64,000 nucleotides of DNA, from assembly GCA_963712115.1 (NCBI GenBank), contig CAVQGX010000026.1, positions 76,055 through 140,054 on the forward strand, given 5' to 3'. Both the position numbers and the translations under genes were made by a program. Below the pieces are notes generated by a model. The model searched no databases. It worked only from the letters and a program-made list of their open reading frames with translations, and was not told the DNA's origin. Source of the DNA: an uncultured delta proteobacterium. GTDB taxonomy: Bacteria; Desulfobacterota; Syntrophobacteria; BM002. Shown piece by piece: positions 10,558 through 22,364 of this stretch (position 1 is its first letter; each line of letters begins with the position of its first letter).

Positions 10558-13206
10558 ATGGCGAAGCTGAGGGTGTACGAATTGGCAAAAGAATTGGACA
10601 TGCCCAACAAGGACTTGGTGGAAAAAATCGACAGCTTGGGCATTCAAATCACTGGGCACATGAGTTCTTTGGATGAAGAAGAGGCTCAGCTAGTGCGAGA
10701 CACGGTAACGGGTAGGTCGCAACAACTGATTGTGGAAAAGCGGGTTCGGCGAGGAGTTATCCGCAGACGTCGAAAGGTCGTCAAGGCCGAGCCACAGTCT
10801 GAACCGGTAGAAGCAGAAATCAAACCAGAGGGAGTACCCCCCGTGGAGATTCATGCCGAAACACAGCTTGAGGGCACCGCTCCAACGGAAGCACAGTTGG
10901 AGGAAGAGTTAGCAACCGTTGTGGATGAGGAACTAACACCCGAAGCTGAAGCAGAAGCAAAAGTCGCTGAAGAAGCTGAGCCCGAGAAGAAAGTAAAAAA
11001 GAAAGTTGCAGAAAAGGAAAGAAAAATAAAGAAGCCTCGGCGACGGGTCAAGAAAGAGGCTGCGGCCAAGATAATTAAGCTTCCAGAAAGGGTCGTGGAG
11101 GTGGTTCCTGAGGAAGAGGTCAAACCCGAGGAAAAGACTGAGCCTCTGGCAGTTGAGCCCGTGCCCCCCGCGGTTGCACCCGAACCTGAGCCAGAAAAGA
11201 AGACGGCCAAAGCAAAAAAGAAGAAAGGTAGACGTGCACGTATTGAGGAGGAGGAAGAGGAACGGCTTGCCAGAAAGAAACTGCCCAGTCGTCGCAAAGA
11301 GGTGGTTAGCGGGGCAGATCTTTATGAAAGGCGTACCATTCCAGGCCGGGCTATGAAAGGTCGGAGGGTAGCTCGAGCGGTTGCCAAAGACCTCAAAAAG
11401 ACTGAGATCACAGTTCCGAAGGCTGTCAAGCGTCGGCTAAGAGTTGACGAGGCCATAACCGTAGGGAATCTCGCCAAGCGCATGGGAATCAAGGCTACTG
11501 AGGTCATCAGAAAACTAATGGAATTGGGCCTCATGGCAACTCTTAATCAGGCGATCGATTTTGACACAGCGGCCCTGGTGGCAGCGGAATTTAGCTACGA
11601 GACGGAGAAGACTAGTTTTGAGGAAACAGAAATCATCCAGGCCACACCCGATCGGGAGGAAGACCTAAAACCTCGACCTCCGGTCGTAACCATTATGGGA
11701 CACGTCGACCACGGCAAAACCTCCCTGCTTGACGCCATCAGGGAGACCAAGGTTACAGAGAGAGAGGCGGGGGGTATCACTCAGCATATTGGTGCCTACA
11801 ACGTGAGCCTAGACGCCGGGCAAGTTGTTTTCTTGGACACGCCGGGGCATGAAGCCTTCACCGCCATGCGGGCCCGCGGTGCCCGGGTGACAGATCTGGT
11901 TGTTCTAGTAGTGGCGGCGGACGATGGGGTCATGCAGCAAACGGTTGAGGCAATCAACCATGCCCAGGCGGCAGATGTTCCCATATTGGTGGCCATTAAC
12001 AAGATAGACAAGGAAAACGCTAACCCCGATAAGGTAAAAAGGGAGTTGGCCGAAAGAGGACTCTCTCCAGAGGAATGGGGCGGCGAGACCACAATGGTGG
12101 AAGTCTCTGCCAAGAAGAAGATAGGGCTGGATGAGCTGCTCGAGCTAATTCTGCTCCAGGCAGAGCTTATGGAACTCAAGGCCAATCCTAACAAGAAGTC
12201 CAGAGGCAGGGTGATCGAGGCTAGATTGGACACAGGAAAAGGGCCGCTGGCTACCGTTTTGGTGCAGGAGGGAACCCTGCGAGCCGGAGATCCTTTCGTC
12301 TGTGGGACCTTCCACGGAAGAGTTCGAGCAATGCTAGATGATCTGGGGCGCAAAGTAGAACAAGCGGAGCCCTCAATGCCGGTGGAGGTCCATGGTATAT
12401 CAGGGGTGCCACAGGCAGGCGACGAGTTTGTGGTTGTGGAGGATGAGAGGCAGGCAAGACAGGTAGCAGCCCACAGGCAGCTAAAACTCCGCGAAGCTGA
12501 GCTTTCCCGAGCTACCAAGGTGACCTTGGATAACCTTTTCGCCCGAATCAAAGAAGGGGAAACCAAAGAGCTCAGGATGGTGCTCAAAGCTGACGTGCAG
12601 GGCTCCTTGGGCGCAATTATTGACTCTTTGAACAACCTCAGTACCGAGGAAATCAAAGTTAACGTCATTCACAGCGCCGCAGGGGCGGTTACTGAGACTG
12701 ACATAATGCTGGCCTCAGCTTCTGACGCCATAGTTATTGGTTTTAGCGTTAGGGCCCCTCAGAAAGTTCAAGAGCTGGCCGAAGCTGAGAAGGTGGATCT
12801 GCGCTTCTACGACGTCATCTACCAACTGGTTGCTGATGTAAAAGACGCAATGGAGGGAATGCTGGAGCCCATCTACAAAGAGCACTTTATGGGTCGCGCC
12901 GAGGTACTCAAGACCTTCACTGTTTCCCGACTTGGAACAGTGGCTGGCTCGATGATCAACGAAGGCCGGGTGGAAAAGGGAGCCAAGATCCGGGTCCTAC
13001 GTGACAATGTGGTGATCAATGACAGCAAGATCGCTTCACTCAGAAGATATAAAGATGAGGTTAAGGAGGTAAAGGCAGGTCAAGACTGCGGCATAATGAT
13101 TGAGAAGTTTAACGATGTCAAGATTGGGGACATCCTGGAGACTTATACAGTCGAAGAGATTAAAGCTGTCCTGGAGCCCGGCAAAGGCAATAAAAAGTCG
13201 GAATAG
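10558..13206 (+). CDS. infB: Translation initiation factor IF-2
   Basis: GHVDHGKT, DTPGH, NKID. Confidence 0.99.
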   Translation: MAKLRVYELAKELDMPNKDLVEKIDSLGIQITGHMSSLDEEEAQLVRDTVTGRSQQLIVEKRVRRGVIRRRRKVVKAEPQSEPVEAEIKPEGVPPVEIHAETQLEGTAPTEAQLEEELATVVDEELTPEAEAEAKVAEEAEPEKKVKKKVAEKERKIKKPRRRVKKEAAAKIIKLPERVVEVVPEEEVKPEEKTEPLAVEPVPPAVAPEPEPEKKTAKAKKKKGRRARIEEEEEERLARKKLPSRRKEVVSGADLYERRTIPGRAMKGRRVARAVAKDLKKTEITVPKAVKRRLRVDEAITVGNLAKRMGIKATEVIRKLMELGLMATLNQAIDFDTAALVAAEFSYETEKTSFEETEIIQATPDREEDLKPRPPVVTIMGHVDHGKTSLLDAIRETKVTEREAGGITQHIGAYNVSLDAGQVVFLDTPGHEAFTAMRARGARVTDLVVLVVAADDGVMQQTVEAINHAQAADVPILVAINKIDKENANPDKVKRELAERGLSPEEWGGETTMVEVSAKKKIGLDELLELILLQAELMELKANPNKKSRGRVIEARLDTGKGPLATVLVQEGTLRAGDPFVCGTFHGRVRAMLDDLGRKVEQAEPSMPVEVHGISGVPQAGDEFVVVEDERQARQVAAHRQLKLREAELSRATKVTLDNLFARIKEGETKELRMVLKADVQGSLGAIIDSLNNLSTEEIKVNVIHSAAGAVTETDIMLASASDAIVIGFSVRAPQKVQELAEAEKVDLRFYDVIYQLVADVKDAMEGMLEPIYKEHFMGRAEVLKTFTVSRLGTVAGSMINEGRVEKGAKIRVLRDNVVINDSKIASLRRYKDEVKEVKAGQDCGIMIEKFNDVKIGDILETYTVEEIKAVLEPGKGNKKSE

Positions 13207-13279
13207 GGAGGCTGGTGAAACTCTCTCCTCAGTGCTTGGTGTTGAGGAGGGGTACCGCTAAGGTCGAAAGGGCACGGCG

Positions 13280-13567
13280 ATGGTTGTTGGGGTTGCAAAG
13301 CTAAGCCTGCGTTTGCCAGGAAACAAATCGCTCAAGGGGAAACGTAAGGTGATTAAGAGCATTTCCGAAAGGTTGCGCCAGCGTTTCAATCTGGCAGTGG
13401 CCGAGACCGACGCCCAGGATTTATGGCAGACTGGAGAGTTAGGGCTTGTGGCAGTCGGCAACCAGACTGGATACATCGACTCAAAATTGGACAAAGCAAT
13501 CAATTTTGTCGAAAATATGCAAGTGGCTGAAATTATTAGGATCCAAAGGGAATTAATTCACTTCTAG
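13280..13567 (+). CDS. DUF503 (YlxP-like) protein
   Basis: SLKGKRKVIKS...RFNLAVAE; position after infB. Confidence 0.9.
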   Translation: MVVGVAKLSLRLPGNKSLKGKRKVIKSISERLRQRFNLAVAETDAQDLWQTGELGLVAVGNQTGYIDSKLDKAINFVENMQVAEIIRIQRELIHF

Positions 13568-13642
13568 ATTCTGGATTCTGGATACTAGATACTTGATAGT
13601 GGATCGAGTCTAGAGAATTTAGCATCGAGCATCGAGAAACTC

Positions 13643-13993
13643 ATGGAAAACAAAAGAGCAGATCGGATTGCGGATCTCATTTTGAAAGAGCTCGCCGAGG
13701 TACTTTTGCGCAGGGTGAAAGACCCCCGTCTGGCTGACATCACCTTGACCAATGTTGAGGTGTCACCGGACCTTCGTCATGCAAAGGTATATTACAGTCT
13801 ATTGGGGGATGATGAGAAAAGAAATAAAGCAACTGTGGGTCTAGAAAGTGCTAGAGGATTTGTCAAGCGTGAGTTGGGCAAGAGGTTGCAGCTGAGGCGA
13901 ATGCCGGATATCTCATTTTACTTTGATGCTTCCCTGGAACACGGATCCCAAATTGACCGGCTACTTGCTGAACTCAAGGAATCTGACCATTGA
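13643..13993 (+). CDS. rbfA: Ribosome-binding factor A
   Basis: KDPRL, VSPDLRHAKVY, LRRMPDISF. Confidence 0.97.
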   Translation: MENKRADRIADLILKELAEVLLRRVKDPRLADITLTNVEVSPDLRHAKVYYSLLGDDEKRNKATVGLESARGFVKRELGKRLQLRRMPDISFYFDASLEHGSQIDRLLAELKESDH

Positions 13994-14958
13994 TAGAGGC
14001 TATCGCAAAAGAGCTTAGAGATAACAAACGTTTTCTCCTGACTACCCACGTAAATCCAGACGGAGACGCCATCGGTTCCCTTGGGGCTCTTGCCTTGGTA
14101 CTCGAGGATCTGGGCAAAGAGGTGGTGGCCTACTGTCAGGATGAGATACCTGGGTTTCTGCGATTTCTCCCCTATTCAGAGCGGATAGTAAGGGAGATCC
14201 CGGGTCCCAATGGGTTTGATGTGGCGGTGGTGCTGGATTGTGGAGAACTTGACCGGATTGGCAACGCTGCCGAGGCTTTACAACAAGTCGAGAAAATCAT
14301 CCATATCGACCACCATAGCTCCAGCGATGATTTCGGCCAGCTGAATCTGGTCCGACCGGAGTGTAGTAGCACAGCCGAAATTCTCTACGAGATTTTTCAG
14401 GCTATCCCGGCGTCTTTGAGCTCGGAAGCAGCAGAGAACATCTACACCGCTATCCTGACCGACACAGGCTCTTTTCGTTTTGCCAACACCACGGCAAGAG
14501 CCCTGGACATAGCGGCAGAAATGGTGGCCCTCGGAGTGGCGCCGGACAAGATTGCCAGTGAGGTCTACGACAGCATGAGCCCCGAGCGCTTGCAATTGTT
14601 GGCTCTCAGCCTCAACACTCTAACTTTGTGGGCAAATGGCCGTCTGGCCACCATGCAGGTGAGTCGGCGGATGCTGGAAGAGACTAAGACTTCTGTCATG
14701 GACACCGACGGGTTCGTCAATTATCCGCGAGGGATAAACACCGCTGAGATGGCCATTTTTTTCAGAGAAATGGATTCGGGCAAGGTAAACGTCAGCTTGA
14801 GGTCTCGGGGTGGGCTGAATGTAGCCGAATTTGCTCGCAATTATGACGGCGGTGGCCATCATAATGCGGCGGCATTTCGTGCCGAAGGATCTCTAACTGA
14901 AGTGGTTGAGGAAGTCTTAGCAGCAGCAGAGGAATTCATTGCTGGAGGATCGCAGTGA
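13990..14958 (+). CDS. nrnA: DHH/DHHA1 oligoribonuclease/PAP phosphatase NrnA
   Basis: HVNPDGDAIGS, IDHH, DTGSF, GGGH. Confidence 0.92.
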   Translation: MIEAIAKELRDNKRFLLTTHVNPDGDAIGSLGALALVLEDLGKEVVAYCQDEIPGFLRFLPYSERIVREIPGPNGFDVAVVLDCGELDRIGNAAEALQQVEKIIHIDHHSSSDDFGQLNLVRPECSSTAEILYEIFQAIPASLSSEAAENIYTAILTDTGSFRFANTTARALDIAAEMVALGVAPDKIASEVYDSMSPERLQLLALSLNTLTLWANGRLATMQVSRRMLEETKTSVMDTDGFVNYPRGINTAEMAIFFREMDSGKVNVSLRSRGGLNVAEFARNYDGGGHHNAAAFRAEGSLTEVVEEVLAAAEEFIAGGSQ

Positions 14959-15941
14959 ATTTGAGCCCAAGTTTGAAGCCAAAAGAACGAGCCTACGGTC
15001 AGGCCAAATTCACCGCTAATGGTGTTCTGGTTTTAGATAAACCAACAGGCTTGACCTCCCATGATGTGGTCAAGGAGGTGAAAATAAGGCTGGGAGCGCT
15101 CAAGGTGGGACACAGTGGCACTTTGGATCCCTTTGCTACGGGGGTTCTCATTCTGCTGATTAACCGCGCCACAAAGCTCGCTCCCTTTCTCTTGGACCAG
15201 GACAAGAGATATCGTTTTACTGTTAAATTTGGAGTTGAGACTGATACCCAGGACAGCACCGGCAGGGTGGTTGCTACCTATCCGTGTGGACCCTTACCTG
15301 AGGGCGAAATAAGAGAGGCCTGTGCTGCCTTTTTAGGCGACATAGAGCAGAGGGTCCCCCGCTTTTCAGCCGTTCGTGTAGGGGGACAAAGACTTTATCG
15401 GCTGGCGCGCCAAGGTGTCGATGTGACTCCACCCTGTCGCACAGTGAAGATCAAGAATTTTGACCTCTGCGACCTAAGCTGGCCAGAGGTTACATTTGAG
15501 GTCACCTGCTCTAAAGGAACTTACGTGAGAAGTCTTGGAGCAGATCTGGCCTGTCACTTGAACTGCAGTGGACATGTGAGCAAGTTACGACGGCTTGCCA
15601 GTGGGGGATTTGACCTGAGACAGGCCCTGACCCTGGAAAAATTTAAACAAATTGTCGACAAGGGAGAACTTGGCCAGAACCTTATCTCGCCAGCACAGGC
15701 ATTGTCTAACTATCCTGAACTAAGAGTTTCTTATGTGGCTGCCAACACTATCCGCCGGGGAGGTAGGCTAAACTCGAGAGAGTTTCTTGAATCTGAACTC
15801 AGCCTCGAAGGTCCCTATAGGGTTCTGGACCCCGGTAATAACCTGGTGGCGATGGTTGCCAAATCGGGTCAAAGACCCAGTGATGGGCACGAAGGGGAGA
15901 TCACATTCAAGACTTTACGCGTTTTTGGGCCAATTTCTTAG
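14955..15941 (+). CDS. truB: tRNA pseudouridine(55) synthase
   Basis: KVGHSGTLDPFATG, CSKGTYVRSL. Confidence 0.97.
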   Translation: MNLSPSLKPKERAYGQAKFTANGVLVLDKPTGLTSHDVVKEVKIRLGALKVGHSGTLDPFATGVLILLINRATKLAPFLLDQDKRYRFTVKFGVETDTQDSTGRVVATYPCGPLPEGEIREACAAFLGDIEQRVPRFSAVRVGGQRLYRLARQGVDVTPPCRTVKIKNFDLCDLSWPEVTFEVTCSKGTYVRSLGADLACHLNCSGHVSKLRRLASGGFDLRQALTLEKFKQIVDKGELGQNLISPAQALSNYPELRVSYVAANTIRRGGRLNSREFLESELSLEGPYRVLDPGNNLVAMVAKSGQRPSDGHEGEITFKTLRVFGPIS

Positions 15942-16122
15942 CCCGGATATTTCATGAATTGTCTTCGGGAGACTGTGAAGATGGGCGTGCCACCGGGCAA
16001 CCGCAGGGGGTTGGATCCGAGGCGTACTTGAATAGTACGTCGCAGGGTCGAACACCCGAGGACGCCCGGAAGGACGGCCATATCCACGGTCGCAGCAGGC
16101 GATTCATGAAATATCCGGGTTA
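15939..16122. mobile_element. ~184-bp MITE-like element, copy 1
   Basis: Terminal inverted repeats TAGCCCGGATATTTCATGAAT / ATTCATGAAATATCCGGGTTA; second full copy at 31366-31549. Confidence 0.8.
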
Positions 16123-16174
16123 TAGGGTAAATCTAAGGTTCTGGGACGAAGAGCCTCTATTTTAGGCAAATTTA

Positions 16175-16428
16175 TTAGGGTCCGGGAAACCTGGTCCTTC
16201 CGCCGGGTCAAAGTTAAATGGCTTTGCCAATAAAGATGGCGAGCTGTTCTGGAGTACTGGAGTACTGGAGTATTGGAAAAAGCTAAAACCCGAATGTCAA
16301 ATTGAATAAGTTTTTATCATTACTCCATCGCTCCACCACTCCATTACTCCAGCAGAATCCCGCATCGAGGAAAGACCAGCTCTGGGGTCCGCTCAAGGCC
16401 AGGTCCTCAGGGCCTGGATTCCTTACTA
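16175..16428. repeat. Composite repeat with nested GAGTACTG/TACTCCA module
   Basis: Same ends (TTAGGGTCC.GGAAACCTGG ... GGGCCTGGATTC) as the shorter copy at 57320-57386. Confidence 0.65.
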
Positions 16429-16474
16429 GGAATGGTGAATAAGCTAAAGGTCGAAACACGAGGAGGTATTAACT

Positions 16475-16744
16475 GTGGCACTAACGGTTGAAAGGAAAAA
16501 AGAAGTAATAGAGATCTTCAAAACACATGAGACCGATACTGGATCTCCTGAAGTGCAGATAGCTTTGCTCAGCGAGCGCATCAACTATCTCACTGAGCAT
16601 TTCAAAACTCACAAAAAAGACCATCATTCAAGGAGGGGATTGCTAAAACTGGTAGGGCAGCGTCGCCGTCTCCTAGATTATCTCAAACGCAAGGACATTG
16701 ATCGCTATCGAGTCGTTATTGAGCGACTAGGTCTTCGTCGTTAA
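16475..16744 (+). CDS. rpsO: 30S ribosomal protein S15
   Basis: [23 protein letters not shown]. Confidence 0.99.
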   Translation: MALTVERKKEVIEIFKTHETDTGSPEVQIALLSERINYLTEHFKTHKKDHHSRRGLLKLVGQRRRLLDYLKRKDIDRYRVVIERLGLRR

Positions 16745-16938
16745 TCGAGGCAGGAGTCCATTTATGGTATTTCCGGGAATCTCTTGGCAATTTATCCCAA
16801 GAAAGATCCATGTATCTACAAAAAGAATTTTTATTATATGCGGCCTTGCCGAGAAAGTGAGATCCGCAGAACTCGGCATTGCTTTATTGCTAGTTGGCTG
16901 TTGCCAGATAAAGCTGCTGAAGTAAAGGAAACAAAATT

Positions 16939-19041
16939 ATGAAGGAAATAGTTGAAATTGAAGTAGGTGGCCGAAGATTCAGGCTTGAAACTGGGGAGAT
17001 GGCAAAACAGGCTAGTGGTGCTGTACTCGTCAGCTACGGAGAAACGGTGGTTCTGGTTACCGCGGTTGGTGAGGAAAGGATCCGTGAGGGCATCGATTTC
17101 CTGCCGCTAAGCGTGGACTATATGGAAAAAGGCTTTGCTGTGGGTAGGATCCCTGGCGGTTTTTTCCGCCGCGAAATTGGTCGACCCAGCGAGAGAGAAA
17201 CACTGACATCCCGCCTAATTGATCGACCAATCCGGCCCCTTTTTCCGAAAAAATATCGAAAGGAAATCCAGGTGATTGCCACCGTGCTCTCTGCCGATCC
17301 TGATAACGACCCGGGTATGGTAGCAATGGTGGGGGCATCCGCGGCACTGGAAATTTCCGACATACCCTTTCAAGGACCAATAGGTGCTGTAAAGGTAGGA
17401 CGGTGCAATGGTGAGTTGATAATCAATCCAACTGCAGTCCAGTTGGAAATGAGCGATCTTGATGTGGCTGTGGCCGGCAACCGTCAGGGCATCGTCATGG
17501 TGGAGGGTAATGCCCAATTTGTCAGTGAAGATGATTTATTGGAGGCGCTCTATTTCGCCCACGATGCAATACAGCCCATCTTGGATATGCAGGAGACACT
17601 GAAATCCCGCTGCGGCAAGAGTAAGAAAACATTTGAGCCTCCCGAGGAAGATCAAGCTCTAGCGGCTAGGGTGGCAGAGCTTTCCCAACAGAGAATTGCG
17701 GAAGCCAACACCACCGCCGAAAAAGAAGCCCGCTATCTCCTGCGGAGTTCCGTGATCCAGGAGATCATGGAAAAACTCGGTCCGGACTTTGCGCAACGTG
17801 AGTCAGAAGTGCGAGAGATTGTCCATAACATCGAGAAGAAGTTCGTGCGTGAGATGGCACTCGCCCGCAAGACTAGGATCGACAACAGAGGGCTCAAAGA
17901 CATTCGGCACATTGATTGTCAGGTTGGTCGCTTGCCCCGAACCCACGGTTCCGGACTTTTCACCCGCGGTGAGACCCAGGTACTCTCTGTGGTGACTTTG
18001 GGATCCTCCTCTGACGAACAGAAGATAGAGGCTTTGGAGGGTGATGAGTTTAAGAGTTTCATGCTCCACTATAATTTTCCTCCCTATTGTGTGGGGGAGG
18101 CCAGATTCCTTAGAGGACCTAGCCGACGGGAAATTGGTCATGGGGCTCTGGCTGAGAGAACCCTGAAAAAAGTACTTCCCTCCCATGAAGATTTCCCTTA
18201 CACAGTTCGGGTGGTGGCGGAGGTGTTGGAATCCAATGGTTCCTCTTCCATGGCCTCGGTGTGTGCCAGTTCCCTTGCTCTTATGGATGCGGGGGTGCCG
18301 CTGAAAAAAGCCGTGGCCGGAATCGCCATGGGTCTGATCAAGGAAGATGACCGGGTCGCCATTCTCAGCGATATCCTCGGTGATGAGGACCACCTGGGAG
18401 ACATGGACTTCAAGGTGACCGGTAGCTCTGAAGGAGTTGTAGCCCTGCAGATGGACATCAAGGTGGCAGGTGTACCACGTGAGGTCATGCGTCAGGCTCT
18501 ATTTCAAGCCAAAGAGGGTCGGCTCCACATTCTGGAGGAGATGAGCAAGACCATATCGGCGCCTCGTGAGGAACTCTCACCTTACGCACCCAGAGTTCTG
18601 AGCATTCAAATACATCCGGATAAAATCCGCGACGTCATCGGTCCTGGCGGCAAAATAATTCGTAATATAATTGCCGAAACCAACACCAAGATTGATGTTG
18701 AAGATGATGGCAAGGTGACCATTATGAGCCCTGATCTCGCCGGCTGTCAAAAGGCGGTGGAGATGATCGAAAAGCTTACGGCTGAAGCAGAGGTTGGTGG
18801 TCTTTATCTGGGTAAAGTGCGTAAAATTACTGACTTTGGGGCATTTGTGGAGATACTTCCCGGGACTGATGGGTTGGTACATATTTCACAGCTGGATCAT
18901 GAACGAGTTCAGAAGGTGAGAGACGTACTGAATGAAGGAGACGAGGTATTGGTCAAGGTGCTGGAAATCGACAGAGACGGGCGTATTCGTCTCAGTCGAA
19001 AAGCCGCCCTGGGAGAATCTCTCAGCAAAGTACGAAATTAG
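16939..19041 (+). CDS. pnp: Polynucleotide phosphorylase
   Basis: [26 protein letters not shown] and S1 domains. Confidence 0.99.
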   Translation: MKEIVEIEVGGRRFRLETGEMAKQASGAVLVSYGETVVLVTAVGEERIREGIDFLPLSVDYMEKGFAVGRIPGGFFRREIGRPSERETLTSRLIDRPIRPLFPKKYRKEIQVIATVLSADPDNDPGMVAMVGASAALEISDIPFQGPIGAVKVGRCNGELIINPTAVQLEMSDLDVAVAGNRQGIVMVEGNAQFVSEDDLLEALYFAHDAIQPILDMQETLKSRCGKSKKTFEPPEEDQALAARVAELSQQRIAEANTTAEKEARYLLRSSVIQEIMEKLGPDFAQRESEVREIVHNIEKKFVREMALARKTRIDNRGLKDIRHIDCQVGRLPRTHGSGLFTRGETQVLSVVTLGSSSDEQKIEALEGDEFKSFMLHYNFPPYCVGEARFLRGPSRREIGHGALAERTLKKVLPSHEDFPYTVRVVAEVLESNGSSSMASVCASSLALMDAGVPLKKAVAGIAMGLIKEDDRVAILSDILGDEDHLGDMDFKVTGSSEGVVALQMDIKVAGVPREVMRQALFQAKEGRLHILEEMSKTISAPREELSPYAPRVLSIQIHPDKIRDVIGPGGKIIRNIIAETNTKIDVEDDGKVTIMSPDLAGCQKAVEMIEKLTAEAEVGGLYLGKVRKITDFGAFVEILPGTDGLVHISQLDHERVQKVRDVLNEGDEVLVKVLEIDRDGRIRLSRKAALGESLSKVRN

Positions 19042-19303
19042 AGGCTCACAGCATTCACGGCAGAGCACCCTGCCGCTCATGGTCATTGGGCCACTGAACG
19101 TGGCCGTCACTACGCTTCGCTGTCATTTATAGTCATTTATTGTTAGGACATAATGACCACAAATGACGGCCGTAAGGCCTCATGACGGGCGCCAGCCCGA
19201 ATGACGCCGAAGGCAAATGACCATAAGTGACGAACGCTAGCCCTGTTGCCGGCGAAGCCAACTGAGGCGCAGCATATGGCATCATCAATGAGGGAGCTGA
19301 AGG

Positions 19304-20560
19304 TTGTATCAGAAAACGGTTTTAGATAATGGTATGCGGGTGGTGACTGAGCGGATCCCCCATCTGCATTCAGTGTCCATGGGTATCTGGCTGAATGTAG
19401 GCTCACGTGATGAGACAGAGAATGAAAGCGGCCTGACCCATTTCATTGAGCACATGCTCTTTAAAGGGACAGACAAGAGAAGTGCTCAGGAGATTGCCAA
19501 ACAGCTTGATGCTGTGGGGGGCATGTCCAACGCCTTCACCAGTAAAGAGAATACCTGCTTCCATGCAAAAGTGCTAGACACTCACCTACCCCTGGTCGTG
19601 GACATACTATCCGACATCTTCCTCCATTCCGTATTCGATCGCGCCGAAGTGGAACGGGAGCGAGAGGTGATCCTCCAAGAAATTAATATGGTGGAGGACA
19701 CTCCCGACGAATATGTGCATATACTTTTCAATCGGAACTTCTGGGATGGTAACCCAATGGCTCGCCCGATTTTTGGTAGCATCAAGACCGTGCAAAGCTT
19801 TACCCAGGAGATGATTCTTGGCTACCTGAATCGCGGCTACCATCCTGATCGAATTGTTTTGAGCGCTGCCGGCAACTTGAACCATGAGAAATTTCTCGAA
19901 CTGGTGGAACCTGCCTTTAACAATATAAAGAGACATTCACACACTCTCAATCGGAAAATTCCTAGCATCAACTCCAGGGTTGAGCTTTATCCAAGGGATC
20001 TCGAACAGATCCACCTTTGCCTTGGCGCCAGGGGGACCTCGTTGGTTGAAAAGGAGCGATACAGCTGCAGTATATTGAATGTAATCCTTGGCGGGAGTAT
20101 GAGTTCACGTCTGTTTCAGGAGGTGAGAGAACGGAGGGGTCTGGCCTATTCGATCTACTCTTTCCTCTCCTCACACACCGATGCTGGGATGGTGGGAATT
20201 TATGGGGCGGTGAGGCCTCACAATATCAAGGAAACTCTTGATTTGGTGCGCCATGAACTCCGCCGCTTCAAAGAGGAGCCCATTAGTGACGCCGAACTGC
20301 GAGCCGCAAAAGAACACATCAAGGGAGGAATCTACCTGGCCGCAGAAAATACAGACAATCGGATGAGCCGTCTTGCAAAGAATGAAATTATTTTCGAACG
20401 TTTCGTTCCTTATGAAGAAATAGAGGCGGGTCTTGAAAGGGTTACGGTTGAAGAGGTTCAGACCCTAGCTCAACAACTCTTCCGACCGGAATACATGTCC
20501 TTGGTACTGCTGGGGCAGGTGGATGGGCTCAATGTAGACCAATCGTATTTGGACATTTGA
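19304..20560 (+). CDS. M16 family zinc peptidase
   Basis: HFIEH inverted zinc motif; SSRLFQEVRE.RGLAY. Confidence 0.95.
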   Translation: MYQKTVLDNGMRVVTERIPHLHSVSMGIWLNVGSRDETENESGLTHFIEHMLFKGTDKRSAQEIAKQLDAVGGMSNAFTSKENTCFHAKVLDTHLPLVVDILSDIFLHSVFDRAEVEREREVILQEINMVEDTPDEYVHILFNRNFWDGNPMARPIFGSIKTVQSFTQEMILGYLNRGYHPDRIVLSAAGNLNHEKFLELVEPAFNNIKRHSHTLNRKIPSINSRVELYPRDLEQIHLCLGARGTSLVEKERYSCSILNVILGGSMSSRLFQEVRERRGLAYSIYSFLSSHTDAGMVGIYGAVRPHNIKETLDLVRHELRRFKEEPISDAELRAAKEHIKGGIYLAAENTDNRMSRLAKNEIIFERFVPYEEIEAGLERVTVEEVQTLAQQLFRPEYMSLVLLGQVDGLNVDQSYLDI

Positions 20561-20763
20561 GCTAAGCAGCTTTGGCAGGGCATAGAGCATAGGGCATGGG
20601 GCATGGAGTCAAAGTCCAGGATTCAGGAGAAAAGCAATCAAAATTAAGTTCTTCTCAGCTACTTGTTGCTCACTGCTGGCTACTTCTTTACGGTGCCTAG
20701 TGTTTAGTGCTTAGTGCCTGGTGGTTTTTGTGCAATCTACAATCTGCAATCAATAGACCTGCC

Positions 20764-21255
20764 ATGACCAAAACAGCAAATCCGAGGACAGAAACCCGTA
20801 ACCAAACACTCTCCATCCCTATCAGTCGTCTGAGGGGAGATGCTGACCAAGACCTGCCATTACCCCAATACATGAGCGATGGGGCAGCAGGAATGGATCT
20901 TTTCGCTGCCGTGGATGAAGATCTGACCATCCAACCCCATGAGGCTGTATTGGTACCAACCGGTTTAGCGGTGGCCATACCCGAGGGGTTCGAAGGACAG
21001 GTAAGAGCACGGAGTGGCCTGGCTGTTGCCCATGGCCTTGCAGTGATCAACGCACCTGGAACCATAGACAGCGATTACCGCGGGGAAATCAAGGTGGCCC
21101 TGATCAATTTAGGGAAAAAGCCTTTCACCATTCACCGGGGCGACCGTATTGCCCAGATGATCATTAACCGAGTTTACCGGGTACAATGGGATCTCAAGGA
21201 GAGTCTGGAGGCAACCGAACGAAATGAGGGGGGCTTCGGGCACACGGGCCGCTAG
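20764..21255 (+). CDS. dut: dUTP diphosphatase
   Basis: AAGMDL, RSGLA, GTIDSDYRGE, GGFGHTG. Confidence 0.97.
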   Translation: MTKTANPRTETRNQTLSIPISRLRGDADQDLPLPQYMSDGAAGMDLFAAVDEDLTIQPHEAVLVPTGLAVAIPEGFEGQVRARSGLAVAHGLAVINAPGTIDSDYRGEIKVALINLGKKPFTIHRGDRIAQMIINRVYRVQWDLKESLEATERNEGGFGHTGR

Positions 21256-21274
21256 CAGCTCGGCAAAGAGCCGA

Positions 21275-21500
21275 GCTGAAATTCCAAATCCTAAGCACGA
21301 AGCACGAAACAAATCCGAATGACCAAAGCACAAAATTCAAAATCATAAGGTTAGGGGATTAGGGTGTTTGAATTCAGGCTCCCAGGCCGCAGCCCAGATG
21401 TTTTGGTCATTTGAATTTAGGATTTTGAATTTGTTTAGGATTTAGACCCGCCTGCCTCGCCTTGCTCGCATGGCGGGCAGGTATTAGATATTCGGATTTG
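21275..21500. repeat. Intergenic repeat family C (AAATCC/GGATTT imperfect palindrome)
   Basis: Similar blocks at ~39000-39142 and 43565-43730. Confidence 0.75.
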
Positions 21501-21551
21501 AATTGAGCCAGATGTTGTGATCTAGTTGTTAGGGAACTACCTGAGGGCGAA

Positions 21552-22334
21552 ATGGGGATCAAACTTTCTGTGCTGGCTAGTGGCTCGAAGGGCAATAGCA
21601 TCTACCTTGCAACTGAGCGGGTGCGTCTGCTGATAGATGCCGGCCTAAGTGGGCGGGAGACCAAGCGGCGACTGGCCACTATGGGTGTCGACCCCAAAGA
21701 TCTTGCTGGGATCATCGTCACTCATGAACACCTGGACCACGTCCGGGGCCTGGGTAGTCTTGCCAGGAGATATAAGCTGCCGGTTTATCTAAACCAGTTG
21801 ACCCATGCTCATCTACCGGAGACGGTGGGGCAACTGGGGGAGAAAGTGGAGTTTGGCACTGGTAGGAGTTTCTCCGTTGGAGACATCACCATTCATCCTT
21901 TTGCCATTTCGCACGATGCCGCAGACCCAGTAGGGTTTGCTTTGGTCAATGGCTCAGTCAAGGTTGGAGTTTGTACAGACCTGGGAGCGGCTACCAACCT
22001 GGTCCATCGCCATCTTGAACACTGCTCCATCCTGGTTCTGGAGGCAAACCACGATGTTGAGATGCTGAAAAATGGCCCCTATCCCTGGCCGGTGAAACAG
22101 CGAATCAGAAGTAGATTTGGCCATCTTTCCAATGAGCAGTCGGTAAAAGTTATCTCTCAAGTCTTTAGCGAAGATCTACAGGAGGTGATCTTTGCTCATG
22201 TGAGCGAGACCAACAATTCCTCAGAAATGATTTTGAAGACCTTTGCTAGTAGGCTTCCCCGCCACATGCGGGACCGGTTGAGGATCAACCTGGCCTGCCA
22301 GCACCATCCGGTTGAGCCCAAAGTTCTTCTCTGA
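21552..22334 (+). CDS. MBL-fold hydrolase, YycJ/WalJ-like
   Basis: LASGSKGN, THEHLDH, HDA, EANHD, GHLSN. Confidence 0.9.
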   Translation: MGIKLSVLASGSKGNSIYLATERVRLLIDAGLSGRETKRRLATMGVDPKDLAGIIVTHEHLDHVRGLGSLARRYKLPVYLNQLTHAHLPETVGQLGEKVEFGTGRSFSVGDITIHPFAISHDAADPVGFALVNGSVKVGVCTDLGAATNLVHRHLEHCSILVLEANHDVEMLKNGPYPWPVKQRIRSRFGHLSNEQSVKVISQVFSEDLQEVIFAHVSETNNSSEMILKTFASRLPRHMRDRLRINLACQHHPVEPKVLL

Positions 22335-22364
22335 CTAGCTTCTTCGATCCCAGCAATACTGTAA

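Noticed and set aside
15959-16165. Short ORFs with similar sequence at 15959 and 31335 (EDGRATGQPQGVGSEAYLN)
   Set aside because: Translations of the repeated MITE-like element, not independent genes
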